Assembly (NCBI GenBank): GCA_051748045.1
Contig: JBNJGY010000002.1
Span: forward strand, 1-23,397
Direction: 5' to 3'
Source: Thermotogota bacterium
GTDB lineage: Bacteria > Thermotogota > Thermotogae > Petrotogales > Petrotogaceae
DNA length: 23,397 nt
The notes under the pieces were generated by a model, which saw nothing but the letters and a program-made list of their open reading frames with translations, was not told the DNA's origin and searched no databases. Shown here one piece after another: positions 1-8,707 of this stretch. Numbering within the stretch: position 1 is the first letter of the stretch; every line of letters begins with the position of its first letter. Both the position numbers and the translations under genes were made by a program.

Positions 1-1
1 G

Positions 2-916
2 AAACCTAAAGAATCTAAAAAATATATAGAAACAGTTTATGAAAATAAATTTAAAAAAATGTTATTAGAAATGAAAACTGAAGATGAAGTAATTAAAAAT
101 CTTGAAAAAGAAATAGATAAAAAAATGGCAAAAATATATTTTGAACATGGATATTCAGGATTAAAAAAAGAACTTCGAGATGATTTATCTCAAAAAAAGA
201 AATTTTTTAGAAAAGATGCTCAAGTTATATTCCAAGATCCATATTCTTCATTGAATCCAAGAATGAGAATAAAGAATATTGTTGGAGAGGGTATTAAAAC
301 CCATAAGATAGCAAAAGGAAAAGAAATAAACGACATAGTTGCAGATCTTTTGGAAAAGGTTGGGTTATCTTCTGAATATTTATTTAGATATCCCCATCAG
401 TTTTCCGGAGGACAAAGACAAAGGATAGGAGTTGCTAGAGCTTTAGCTCTTAATCCAAAATTAATAGTAGCTGATGAAGCAGTGTCTGCTCTGGATGTTT
501 CAGTTCAATCTCAGGTTATAAATTTAATGGATGATTTGAAGAAAGATTTTAATTTAACTTATATTTTTATTGCACATGATCTTGCTGTTATAAAACATAT
601 AAGTGATAGAATAGCAGTTATGTATTTAGGAAAAATAGTAGAATTAACAGATAAAAAGAAATTATTTGATAAACCTTTACACCCATATACAGTTTCACTT
701 ATGTCTGCTATTCCTGTTCCTGATCCAGAAAATAAATCAAAAAGGATTATTTTGGAAGGTGACGTTCCAAGTCCTTTAAATCCTCCAACTGGATGTAGAT
801 TCCATACGAGATGTCCAATTGCTAAAGACATTTGTTCAAAAGAAGAACCACCTTTAGTTGAATTAGAAGAAGGACATGAAGTTGCATGTCATTTTGCAGG
901 AGAATTCAAAGGTTAA
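2..916 (+). CDS. oppF: Oligopeptide/dipeptide ABC transporter ATP-binding protein (OppF/DppF type), 5'-truncated by window edge
   Basis: Frame is open from position 2. It has Q-loop [11 protein letters not shown], signature FSGGQRQR, Walker [13 protein letters not shown]-loop IAHDL, and a C-terminal HPYT motif with Cys-rich tail (CRFHTRC..C..CH). Walker A is not in the window. Confidence 0.93.
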   Translation, partial: KPKESKKYIETVYENKFKKMLLEMKTEDEVIKNLEKEIDKKMAKIYFEHGYSGLKKELRDDLSQKKKFFRKDAQVIFQDPYSSLNPRMRIKNIVGEGIKTHKIAKGKEINDIVADLLEKVGLSSEYLFRYPHQFSGGQRQRIGVARALALNPKLIVADEAVSALDVSVQSQVINLMDDLKKDFNLTYIFIAHDLAVIKHISDRIAVMYLGKIVELTDKKKLFDKPLHPYTVSLMSAIPVPDPENKSKRIILEGDVPSPLNPPTGCRFHTRCPIAKDICSKEEPPLVELEEGHEVACHFAGEFKG

Positions 917-927
917 TTTTTAATTAT

Positions 928-954
928 TGCCGGCTTTTAAAGCCGGCATTTTTT
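928..954 (+). terminator. Rho-independent terminator
   Basis: TGCCGGCTTT-T-AAAGCCGGCA hairpin followed by T6, just after the stop codon at 916. Confidence 0.85.
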
Positions 955-962
955 GTTATAAT
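954..962 (+). promoter_or_regulatory. Extended -10 promoter element (TGnTATAAT) for the ECF sigma gene
   Basis: TGTTATAAT is an exact extended -10 match, 17 nt upstream of the probable ATG at 980. Confidence 0.65.
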
Positions 963-979
963 AATAAAGGGTGAGAAAA

Positions 980-1498
980 ATGTTTGATGAGTTCAGTAAA
1001 AATTATAATTATAAAAAAATTTATAACGAAAATTATAAGTATGTTAGATATATTTTAAAAAAATCCATCAATATAAATGATTTAGATGATGCTACTCAAG
1101 AGGTATTTTTTAGAATATATAAAGGTCTAAATAACTTTAAGGGAAATTCTAAAATTCAAACTTGGATATACAAAATTACAGAAAATGTCTCTATAGATTA
1201 TAGGAAAAAGTATATAAAAGAAAATAAACAAAATATAAATATTGATCAACAAAAAATTTATAAACCATACAATTTTACAAAACATATTTTTGATAAAATA
1301 AAGTATGATCAGTTGGTTAACTATATCGATAAACTAAATCCTAAAGATAGTGTTATACTAAAGATGAGAGACCTAAATAATTATAATTATAAAAAAATAT
1401 CAAAATTATTGAGTTTACCCATTGGTACAGTAAAAAGTAGAATATTTTATGCAAGAAAAAAAGTTAAAAAAATGATTGATAAAGATTATAGGGAGTGA
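980..1498 (+). CDS. ECF-family RNA polymerase sigma factor
   Basis: Region 2 DDATQEVFFRIYKGLNNFKGNSKIQTWIYKI and region 4 ISKLLSLPIGTVKSRIFYARKK. ATG 980 is preferred over GTG 971 because AAGGGTGA then serves as the RBS. Confidence 0.92.
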   Translation: MFDEFSKNYNYKKIYNENYKYVRYILKKSININDLDDATQEVFFRIYKGLNNFKGNSKIQTWIYKITENVSIDYRKKYIKENKQNINIDQQKIYKPYNFTKHIFDKIKYDQLVNYIDKLNPKDSVILKMRDLNNYNYKKISKLLSLPIGTVKSRIFYARKKVKKMIDKDYRE

Positions 1499-1502
1499 AA
1501 TT

Positions 1503-1931
1503 ATGAGAGAGTTAATGATTGTAGAAAAAATAGATGAAAAATATGTTTATCTAAAAACAAATAGAGCTTCAGAATGTTCGACTTGTTCTATTAGTGGTGC
1601 ATGTAACCTCACTGGAACTCCTGATATTGAACTAAAAGCTCTTAAAGAAGATTCTTATATTCCAGGGCAAAAAGTTCTAGTTGAATTACCAGAAGTACCA
1701 TTGACAAAGATAGCAATGCTAGTATATGGTTTTCCATTACTTATTTTTTTAGTTTTAGCTATTATCTCTTATGGTATAGGGTTAAATGATTTAATTTCTT
1801 TTTTAATTGCTGTTGGTGGAATGGGAATCAGTTATTTTGTGCTTTCAATATTAGATAAAAAGAAATTTAAAGATATGTATTTACCCAAAATAATCACAAA
1901 AATTAATAATGATTTAAAAGCAAATACTTAG
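1503..1931 (+). CDS. rseC: RseC/MucC-family membrane protein
   Basis: N-terminal RASECSTCSISGAC (CxxCx5C), GQKVLVEL, then two TM helices with the YGFPL motif. RBS GGAGTG precedes ATG 1503. Confidence 0.85.
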   Translation: MRELMIVEKIDEKYVYLKTNRASECSTCSISGACNLTGTPDIELKALKEDSYIPGQKVLVELPEVPLTKIAMLVYGFPLLIFLVLAIISYGIGLNDLISFLIAVGGMGISYFVLSILDKKKFKDMYLPKIITKINNDLKANT

Positions 1932-1963
1932 AAGAAGCTTATATTTTAGCTTCTTCTTTTTTT
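1930..1963 (+). terminator. Rho-independent terminator
   Basis: AGAAGAAGCT-N8-AGCTTCTTCT hairpin plus T-run directly after the stop codon. Confidence 0.8.
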
Positions 1964-2145
1964 GAAATAATTTTCGTGAAAAATATTTCATACTAATGGG
2001 TATTATAATTATAAACTCATTTAATTACTTCTAATTCATTATAAATAAGATACATTAAATTTAATCAAGCTTTATTTTTTTTCTAAAAAGTTCTAAAATA
2101 AAGGTGTATGAAAAAATATTCCCCAACTATTTTTAAGGGAGGTTA

Positions 2146-3429
2146 ATGAGTATGAGCTTATATGAAAATGCAGTAAGACAATTCAACAAAGCTGCTGATA
2201 TTATGAACTTAGAAAAAGATTTAAAGGACGTTTTAGCAAAACCAAAAAGAGAACTAACTGTAAATTTTCCTGTTAGAATGGATGATGGAACAGTTAAGGT
2301 TTTTACAGGCCACAGAGTACAACATAACGTTGCTAGAGGACCTGCAAAAGGTGGTATAAGATTCCATCCAGATGTAACTCTAGATGAAGTAAAAGCTTTA
2401 GCTTTCTGGATGACTTGGAAAGCAGCTGTTGTTGATATTCCATATGGCGGAGGAAAAGGTGGAATAACAGTTAATCCTAAAGAATTATCAGATGGTGAAT
2501 TAGAAAGAATGTCAAGAAGATTTTTCTCAGAAATTCAAATTATTATTGGAGAGGAAAAAGATATTCCTGCACCAGATGTTAATACTAATGGACAAATAAT
2601 GGCTTGGTTTATGGATACATATTCAATGAATGTTGGAAGAACAGAATTAGGTATCGTTACAGGAAAACCATTAGAAATTGGTGGTTCTGAAGGTAGAACA
2701 GAAGCTACTGGTAGAGGCGTAAGAATTTGTATAGAAGAAGGTACAAATTACTTAAGAAAAATTGGAAAAACTACAAAAGAAAACAAAGATTTAACTGTAG
2801 CTATTCATGGATTTGGTAATGTTGGTACTTATGCTGCTTTATTAACAACAGAAGAAGTTGGTATGAAAGTAGTTGCTATTTCTGATTCAACTGGAGGTCT
2901 TTATAAAGAAGAAGGATTTTCACCTGCAGAGTTAAAAGAATTAAGTGAAAAAACATTATCAAGAAAAGCTGGAGTTCAAGATATAAATGATGGAAGATAT
3001 AAAACAATTACAAATGATGAAATAATTTCTTTAGACGTTGATATATTAGCTCCATGTGCTATTGAAAATACAATTACAATGGAAAATGTAGATGATGTAA
3101 AAGCAAAATTAATTGTTGAAGGAGCTAATGGTCCTATTACTCCTGAAGCTGATGAAAAATTAACAGAAAATGGTGTATTCATTGTTCCTGACTTTTTAGC
3201 GAATGCTGGTGGAGTTACAGTATCATATTTTGAATGGGTTCAAGGTTTACAATGGAACTTCTGGGAATTGGAAGATGTAAGAAAAGCATTACATAGAAAA
3301 ATGACTAGAGCTTTTTATGATGTTATAGATACTATGGAAGAATATAAAACAGATATGAGAACAGCAGCTTATGTAAATTCAATCCAAAGAGTTGCTACAG
3401 CAACAAAATTAAGAGGAATTTATCCTTGA
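2146..3429 (+). CDS. gdhA: Glutamate dehydrogenase (Glu/Leu/Phe/Val DH family)
   Basis: RGPAKGGIRFHP, GGGKGG, DIPAPDVNT, TGKP..GGSEGRTEATGRG, GFGNVG, EGANGP and PDFLANAGGVTVSYFEWVQ motifs; RBS GGAGG. Confidence 0.97.
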   Translation: MSMSLYENAVRQFNKAADIMNLEKDLKDVLAKPKRELTVNFPVRMDDGTVKVFTGHRVQHNVARGPAKGGIRFHPDVTLDEVKALAFWMTWKAAVVDIPYGGGKGGITVNPKELSDGELERMSRRFFSEIQIIIGEEKDIPAPDVNTNGQIMAWFMDTYSMNVGRTELGIVTGKPLEIGGSEGRTEATGRGVRICIEEGTNYLRKIGKTTKENKDLTVAIHGFGNVGTYAALLTTEEVGMKVVAISDSTGGLYKEEGFSPAELKELSEKTLSRKAGVQDINDGRYKTITNDEIISLDVDILAPCAIENTITMENVDDVKAKLIVEGANGPITPEADEKLTENGVFIVPDFLANAGGVTVSYFEWVQGLQWNFWELEDVRKALHRKMTRAFYDVIDTMEEYKTDMRTAAYVNSIQRVATATKLRGIYP

Positions 3430-3444
3430 TTATAGATTTAATGG

Positions 3445-3471
3445 AAAGGCCCTATTTATAGGGCCTTTTTT
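3445..3471 (+). terminator. Rho-independent terminator
   Basis: AAAGGCCCTAT-TT-ATAGGGCCTTT hairpin with T-run after gdhA. Confidence 0.88.
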
Positions 3472-3485
3472 AATTTTTTTATTTA

Positions 3486-3494
3486 TGATAAAAT
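3486..3494 (+). promoter_or_regulatory. Probable extended -10 promoter for the membrane protein-purB-purA operon
   Basis: TGATAAAAT (TGn + TAAAAT) lies between the terminator and the RBS. Confidence 0.5.
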
Positions 3495-3533
3495 AGATTG
3501 TCAATAAATAAATTTTTTCAAGGAGAGTTGTAT

Positions 3534-3971
3534 ATGGCTTATGTTATCGCATCACTTATTATTAATTATGTTATTGGATTTATTTTTGTAGATTTAAATA
3601 TATGGTATCCTTCATTAATAATACCTATAGTAATGATCTTTATGGGATTAAAATATAAAAAAGAAAGTAAAATAACGAATATGTTTTTAATCATTTCTGC
3701 TTTATTTAGCGGAGTGGGATTTGTTCAAGATTTTAATCCTACATATTTTTATTTGTTAATGAATATATCAGCTTTTTTTTCATATTTAAATGTTGTAATT
3801 TCAAAAAAAATTTTTATTTTTATAGCTTGGGGGTTAAATTCTTTTTCAATAGGATATTTGATCACGGAACTAAGAAATATTAACTTAGGTATTATTTTTG
3901 GAATAATTATATTTGTTATAGGTTTTAGAGAGATATTATCTAAAAGTATAAAAGAACAAGGAGGCCAATAA
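3534..3971 (+). CDS. Hypothetical integral membrane protein (about 145 aa, 5-6 hydrophobic segments)
   Basis: Mostly hydrophobic ORF. RBS AAGGAG precedes ATG 3534, and the stop overlaps the purB start (TAATG). Confidence 0.8.
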   Translation: MAYVIASLIINYVIGFIFVDLNIWYPSLIIPIVMIFMGLKYKKESKITNMFLIISALFSGVGFVQDFNPTYFYLLMNISAFFSYLNVVISKKIFIFIAWGLNSFSIGYLITELRNINLGIIFGIIIFVIGFREILSKSIKEQGGQ

Positions 3972-5260
3972 TGATAGAAAGGTATGCTTTATCTCCAGTG
4001 AGGGATATTTGGACTTTGGAAAAACAATATGAAAGATGGTTAGAAATTGAAATTGCTGTTGTGAAAGCTTTTGAAGAAAAAGGCATCGCTCCAAAGGGTA
4101 CAGCAAAAACAATAGAAGAAAAAGCTAAAATTGATGTTGATAGAATTTTAGAAATTGAAAATGTTGTTGATCATGATGTAATTGCTTTTATTAAAGGAGT
4201 TACAGAAAATATGGGTGATGAAGCTAGATATTTTCACATGGGACTAACTTCATCAGATGTTGTAGACACAGCTTGGGCAATGGGACTTAAAGAATCAACA
4301 GGGATTATTTTAGAAGAATTAGAAAATTATATAACAGTTTTAGAAGAAATAAGTTTAGAACATAAAAAAACTTTGACCGTTGGAAGAAGTCATGGCATTC
4401 ATGCAGAGCCTACTTCTTTTGGTCTAAAAATGCTTTCTTTCTTGGCAGAAACCAAAAGAAATTTATTTAGGTTAAAAAATGCTTATGATGGCATAAAAGT
4501 TGGGAAATTAAGTGGAGCTGTTGGAAATTATGCTAATATATCTCCTGAAATAGAAAAAATTGCTTTAAACTATTTAGGATTAGAACCAACTGAAATATCA
4601 ACGCAAATTGTTCCTCGAGATGTACATGCAGAGATATTTTCTGTTTTTGCATTGATAGGATCCGGACTTGATAGATTAGCTACAGAAATTAGACATTTAC
4701 AGAAAACAGAAGTTTTAGAACTTCAAGAGCCATTTAAAAAAGGTCAAAGAGGATCTTCTGCTATGCCACATAAAAAGAATCCAATAATATGCGAAAGATT
4801 ATCTGGTATGGCTAGACTCTTAAGGTCTTACACAATTCCAGCTTACGAAAATATAGTTTTATGGCATGAAAGAGATATTTCTCATTCATCAGTTGAGAGA
4901 ATCAACATTCCTGATGCTACTATGATTACATTTTATATGTTGAAAAAAGCAACATATCTAATAAAAAATCTTATAGTTAATAAAGATAGAATGCTAGAAA
5001 CATTTAAAAGAAGCTATAATTTAGTCTATTCACAAAGAGTATTGTTAGGCTTGATTGAAAAAGGATTATCCAGAGAAAATTCTTATAAAATAGTTCAAGA
5101 AAATGCTTTAAATGCTTGGGAAGATAGAAAAGACTTTAAAATTTATATCAAATCCGATAATAGAATAACAGATCATATTGATGAAAAAGATATTGATGAA
5201 TTATTTTCAAATGAATATTTTTTGAAAAATATTGATGAAGTATATCAAAGATTTTTTTGA
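3971..5260 (+). CDS. purB: Adenylosuccinate lyase
   Basis: MIERYA start, HDVIAF, HMGLTSSDVVDT, GRSHGIHAEPT and the fumarate-lyase signature GSSAMPHKKNP. Confidence 0.97.
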   Translation: MIERYALSPVRDIWTLEKQYERWLEIEIAVVKAFEEKGIAPKGTAKTIEEKAKIDVDRILEIENVVDHDVIAFIKGVTENMGDEARYFHMGLTSSDVVDTAWAMGLKESTGIILEELENYITVLEEISLEHKKTLTVGRSHGIHAEPTSFGLKMLSFLAETKRNLFRLKNAYDGIKVGKLSGAVGNYANISPEIEKIALNYLGLEPTEISTQIVPRDVHAEIFSVFALIGSGLDRLATEIRHLQKTEVLELQEPFKKGQRGSSAMPHKKNPIICERLSGMARLLRSYTIPAYENIVLWHERDISHSSVERINIPDATMITFYMLKKATYLIKNLIVNKDRMLETFKRSYNLVYSQRVLLGLIEKGLSRENSYKIVQENALNAWEDRKDFKIYIKSDNRITDHIDEKDIDELFSNEYFLKNIDEVYQRFF

Positions 5261-5276
5261 TTAGGAGGAAATAAAA

Positions 5277-6533
5277 ATGGAAAGAGTAGCAATAGTTGGT
5301 TCTCAATGGGGCGATGAAGGAAAAGGAAAAGTAGTTAATTATTTTTCAAAAGATTATGAATGGATAGTTAGATTTTCTGGTGGCGCAAACGCAGGTCATA
5401 CTATATATATCAATGGAAAGAAATATGTTAATCATTTATTACCTTCTATAACTCCCAATGACTATTCAAAAGGTTTTTTAGGCGCTGGAATGGTAGTGGA
5501 TCTCGAACAATTAATAAATGAACTTAAAATTTTAGAAGCAGATTTTCCTGGTATTTCTTCAAAAATTTACATAGATTATGAAACATTTCTAGTTTTACCT
5601 TGGCACAAAGAAGAAGATGAAATAAGAGAAAATATGAGAAAAAATCCTATCGGAACAACAAAGAAAGGGATAGGTCCAGCTTATACTGATAAAGTTTCTC
5701 GCGAGGGAGTTAAACTCTACCATATTTTTGATGAAAAATTATTAAAAGAAAGATTGTCAGAAATATTCTATTTAAAAAATAATATATATTCTGGAAAAAT
5801 AAAAAGTACTGATAAAGATGTTTACGAATACTTATTAAAAATGAGAAAAGAATTAGATTATTTAAACGTAAATTATGCAAGTGCTGTAAAGATGGGTGAT
5901 GTGTTTAGAAGTACATCGGTACTTTTTGAAGGAGCACAAGGAGTTTTATTGGATCTTGATTTTGGAACATATCCTTTTGTTACTTCTGGGTCTTGTATGG
6001 CTCATGGAGTTTCATCAGTAGGATTTTCTACTTTTGAACTTGATAAAGTCATGGGAGTTCTAAAAGCATATACAACTAGGGTAGGTTCTGGACCTTTTCC
6101 AACTGAATTGTTTGATGAAACTGGAGAAAAAATAGCGAAATTAGGAAATGAATTTGGTGCTACTACTGGTAGACCTAGAAGAGTAGGTTGGCTTGACTTA
6201 CCCGCTTTAAGATATGCTAAAATTAGAAGCGGATTAAATGAATTTGTTATAACTAAGGCAGATGTTCTTGATGGGTTTGAAGAAGTAAAGATATGTACAA
6301 AATATGATGTTGATGGTAAAATAAAAGAAATTCCAGATTCTTCTTATGATTTTTATAAGGCAAAACCAATATATGAGTCTTTGAGAGGGTGGAAGTCAAC
6401 TAATGATGTTAACTTTTTAAAATACATGTCTTTTATAGAAGAATATACCGGAGTAAAAATTAATTATATTTCTTATGGTCCAAAAACAGATGAAATGTGT
6501 ACCAAAAATGATATGATCATGAGAATAAAATAA
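5277..6533 (+). CDS. purA: Adenylosuccinate synthetase
   Basis: GSQWGDEGKGK, GGANAGHT, IGTTKKGIGPAY, EGAQG..LDLDFGTYPFVTS and EFGATTGRPRRVGWLD. Confidence 0.97.
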   Translation: MERVAIVGSQWGDEGKGKVVNYFSKDYEWIVRFSGGANAGHTIYINGKKYVNHLLPSITPNDYSKGFLGAGMVVDLEQLINELKILEADFPGISSKIYIDYETFLVLPWHKEEDEIRENMRKNPIGTTKKGIGPAYTDKVSREGVKLYHIFDEKLLKERLSEIFYLKNNIYSGKIKSTDKDVYEYLLKMRKELDYLNVNYASAVKMGDVFRSTSVLFEGAQGVLLDLDFGTYPFVTSGSCMAHGVSSVGFSTFELDKVMGVLKAYTTRVGSGPFPTELFDETGEKIAKLGNEFGATTGRPRRVGWLDLPALRYAKIRSGLNEFVITKADVLDGFEEVKICTKYDVDGKIKEIPDSSYDFYKAKPIYESLRGWKSTNDVNFLKYMSFIEEYTGVKINYISYGPKTDEMCTKNDMIMRIK

Positions 6534-6542
6534 GAAAATGTT

Positions 6543-6569
6543 TCGGGCTTTTTAAGCCCGATTCTTTTT
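6543..6569 (+). terminator. Rho-independent terminator
   Basis: TCGGGCTT-TTT-AAGCCCGA hairpin followed by TTCTTTTT. Confidence 0.82.
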
Positions 6570-6577
6570 GTTATAAT
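6569..6577 (+). promoter_or_regulatory. Extended -10 promoter element for the nnr...sirtuin operon
   Basis: Exact TGTTATAAT, upstream of RBS AGGGGGA and ATG 6599. Confidence 0.65.
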
Positions 6578-6598
6578 ATAACATTAGGGGGGATAATT

Positions 6599-8053
6599 AT
6601 GTTTGTTGTAGATTCGAAAGAAATGAAAACAATTGATGATATGACAATTTCAAAAGGTCTACAAGAAAACGTATTAATGGAACAAGCTTCTTTTTCAGTA
6701 AAAGAGATAGTTTCTGATCTTAACCCTAAAAAAACATTAATAATAGCAGGGACAGGGAACAATGGAGGAGACGCTCTGGCTACTGGAAGACTTCTTAAAA
6801 ATGACGGGTTTGAAGTCGAAATTTATATTTATGGAAATGTTGAGAAATCTTCTTATGGATTTAAAAATCAAATGTTGTTATGCAAGAAATATAATATCAA
6901 TTTTATAAATGATATTTCTACTATTGAAAAATATGACATAATCATAGAAGGAATAATAGGAAATGGATTAAATGGTGAAATAAGAGGCGAGTTATTAAAT
7001 ATAATAGAAATAATTAATAGTTCTAAAGGAACTATTGTCTCAATCGATATACCCACTGGTATATCTTCAGATAATGGACAAATTATGGGTAAAGCAATAA
7101 ATGCTGATTTAACAGTTACATTTGGCTATCTAAAAATAGGCCATTTAATTTATCCAGGAAGAGAATATTCTGGTGAGATTAAGTTAACAAAATTATCTTT
7201 TGATAGAGATTTTGAAAAAAATTTAAAAAGAAAATTGATAACAAAGGAAATGGTTGAAAAAATTCTTCCTAAAAGAAGTGTTAATTCTCATAAATATGAT
7301 TATGGAGTTGTTACTATATTATCAGGTAGTAAAAAGTTTCCTGGATCATCTATATTAGCTGCTCTTGGAGCCCAAAAAACCGGTGTTGGTATTGTAAATT
7401 TAGTTACTCCTTCATATACACCTATTCTAGATTATGAACCCTCTATAATATATGAGAACTTAAATAAAGATTATTTTGAAATAGACGATTTTGAAAGTAT
7501 AAAACAAAAACTTGAAAAAAGTGATTCTATTTTGATAGGACCAGGTATAGGTAGAAAATCAGATGGCTTTATAAAAAAGGTTCTTAATAATTATCCAAAT
7601 AAAAAAATAATAGTAGATGCAGATGCCATTCAAAACATAAAAAATATAAATTCTTGCGAGAATATTCTTATAACTCCTCATGTGGGAGAATTTAATAGAC
7701 TTACAAATATTGATGAGCTAGATGTCAAGTTTATAGAAAATTATGCAAAAAGTAAAAATATTAATGTTTTATTTAAAAGTTCAACATCTTTCATAACCGA
7801 TGGATATAATAGCTTTTTCAATGTTTTTGGTGATGATAGTTTATCAAAAGGTGGAACAGGTGATTTATTATCAGGAGTAATATCATCTTTTCTCGCTCAA
7901 GGATCATCTTTAACTGACTCAGCCATAATAGGCAGTTATTTAGTCTATAAAACTTCTTTTGAACTTGGTTCAGAAAAAACAAAATATACTGTCACTCCCA
8001 TAGATATAATACACAATATATACAAAGAATTAAATAATTTAAGAGGTGATTAA
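6599..8053 (+). CDS. nnr: Bifunctional NAD(P)H-hydrate epimerase/dehydratase (YjeF/Nnr)
   Basis: YjeF_N motifs LMEQA, GTGNNGGD and IDIPTG; carbohydrate-kinase-like motifs HKYDYG, IGPGIG, VDADA, TPHVGEF and GGTGDLLSG. Confidence 0.94.
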   Translation: MFVVDSKEMKTIDDMTISKGLQENVLMEQASFSVKEIVSDLNPKKTLIIAGTGNNGGDALATGRLLKNDGFEVEIYIYGNVEKSSYGFKNQMLLCKKYNINFINDISTIEKYDIIIEGIIGNGLNGEIRGELLNIIEIINSSKGTIVSIDIPTGISSDNGQIMGKAINADLTVTFGYLKIGHLIYPGREYSGEIKLTKLSFDRDFEKNLKRKLITKEMVEKILPKRSVNSHKYDYGVVTILSGSKKFPGSSILAALGAQKTGVGIVNLVTPSYTPILDYEPSIIYENLNKDYFEIDDFESIKQKLEKSDSILIGPGIGRKSDGFIKKVLNNYPNKKIIVDADAIQNIKNINSCENILITPHVGEFNRLTNIDELDVKFIENYAKSKNINVLFKSSTSFITDGYNSFFNVFGDDSLSKGGTGDLLSGVISSFLAQGSSLTDSAIIGSYLVYKTSFELGSEKTKYTVTPIDIIHNIYKELNNLRGD

Positions 8054-8055
8054 AA

Positions 8056-8697
8056 ATAAATGCATATATAATATCGGGTGGAGAAAAAACTGATGATCTA
8101 TTTTTTTACAAACAAAAAATATTAAATGCTGATGTAAATATAGCTTCTGACTCTGGTATAAAAATATATAAAAAATTAAATATAATACCAGATTATCTTA
8201 TAGGCGATTTAGATTCTGCGAATGAAAGGGATATATTGTGGGCTAAAGACAATAATGTTGAAATATTAAAATATCCTTCACAAAAAGATGAAATTGATTC
8301 AGAATTATCAATTATGAAAGCACAGCAGTTAGGGTGTGAAAAAGTATATTTGTCTTCTGTAACTGGTTCAAGAATAGATCACACTTTAGCAGGTATCTAT
8401 TTATTAGGTAAGTATTCAAATTTAGATCCAGAAATTATAGAAGAAAAATATAATATAGGTATAGTAAAAGATAAAAAAAATATTATGACAAATATAGATG
8501 ATTCGTGGGCGATATTACCTTTAGGCGAAGATTTAGAAGGTCTAACTCTTAAAGGGTTTAAATATAATTTATTTGAACAAAAACTTGATAAATACGATTC
8601 AATCGGTGTTAGCAACCAAGCAAAAGAAGAAATTATAAGCATCTCTTTAAAAAAAGGAATTGTTGTTTATATACATTACAAAAGTCAAGTTAAGTGA
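8056..8697 (+). CDS. thiN: Thiamine pyrophosphokinase (thiamine diphosphokinase), apparent non-canonical ATA start
   Basis: The frame upstream of the tracked ORF stays open to the TGA at 8047-8049 and encodes the family N-terminus (AYIISGG, IASDSG, PDYLIGDLDS). Downstream are KDEIDSEL, GSRIDH, LTLKGFKYNL and GVSN. The start position is inferred from the RBS GAGGTGA. Confidence 0.88.
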   Translation: MNAYIISGGEKTDDLFFYKQKILNADVNIASDSGIKIYKKLNIIPDYLIGDLDSANERDILWAKDNNVEILKYPSQKDEIDSELSIMKAQQLGCEKVYLSSVTGSRIDHTLAGIYLLGKYSNLDPEIIEEKYNIGIVKDKKNIMTNIDDSWAILPLGEDLEGLTLKGFKYNLFEQKLDKYDSIGVSNQAKEEIISISLKKGIVVYIHYKSQVK

Positions 8698-8707
8698 GGT
8701 GTAGAAG

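Noticed and set aside
1969-1993. CodY box or Rex box upstream of gdhA
   Set aside because: AATTTTCGTGAAAAAT is one base longer than the CodY consensus AATTTTCWGAAAATT, and the TGAA-N6-TTCA spacing does not fit Rex (TGAA-N4-TTCA). It is reported only as an unknown motif.
3472-3533. Purine riboswitch ahead of the purB-purA operon
   Set aside because: The leader is too short and lacks the conserved aptamer sequence and stems.
8236-8697. 153-aa tracked ORF as the complete gene or as a truncated pseudogene
   Set aside because: Conserved catalytic motifs continue in frame upstream to 8056 with no stop or frameshift.
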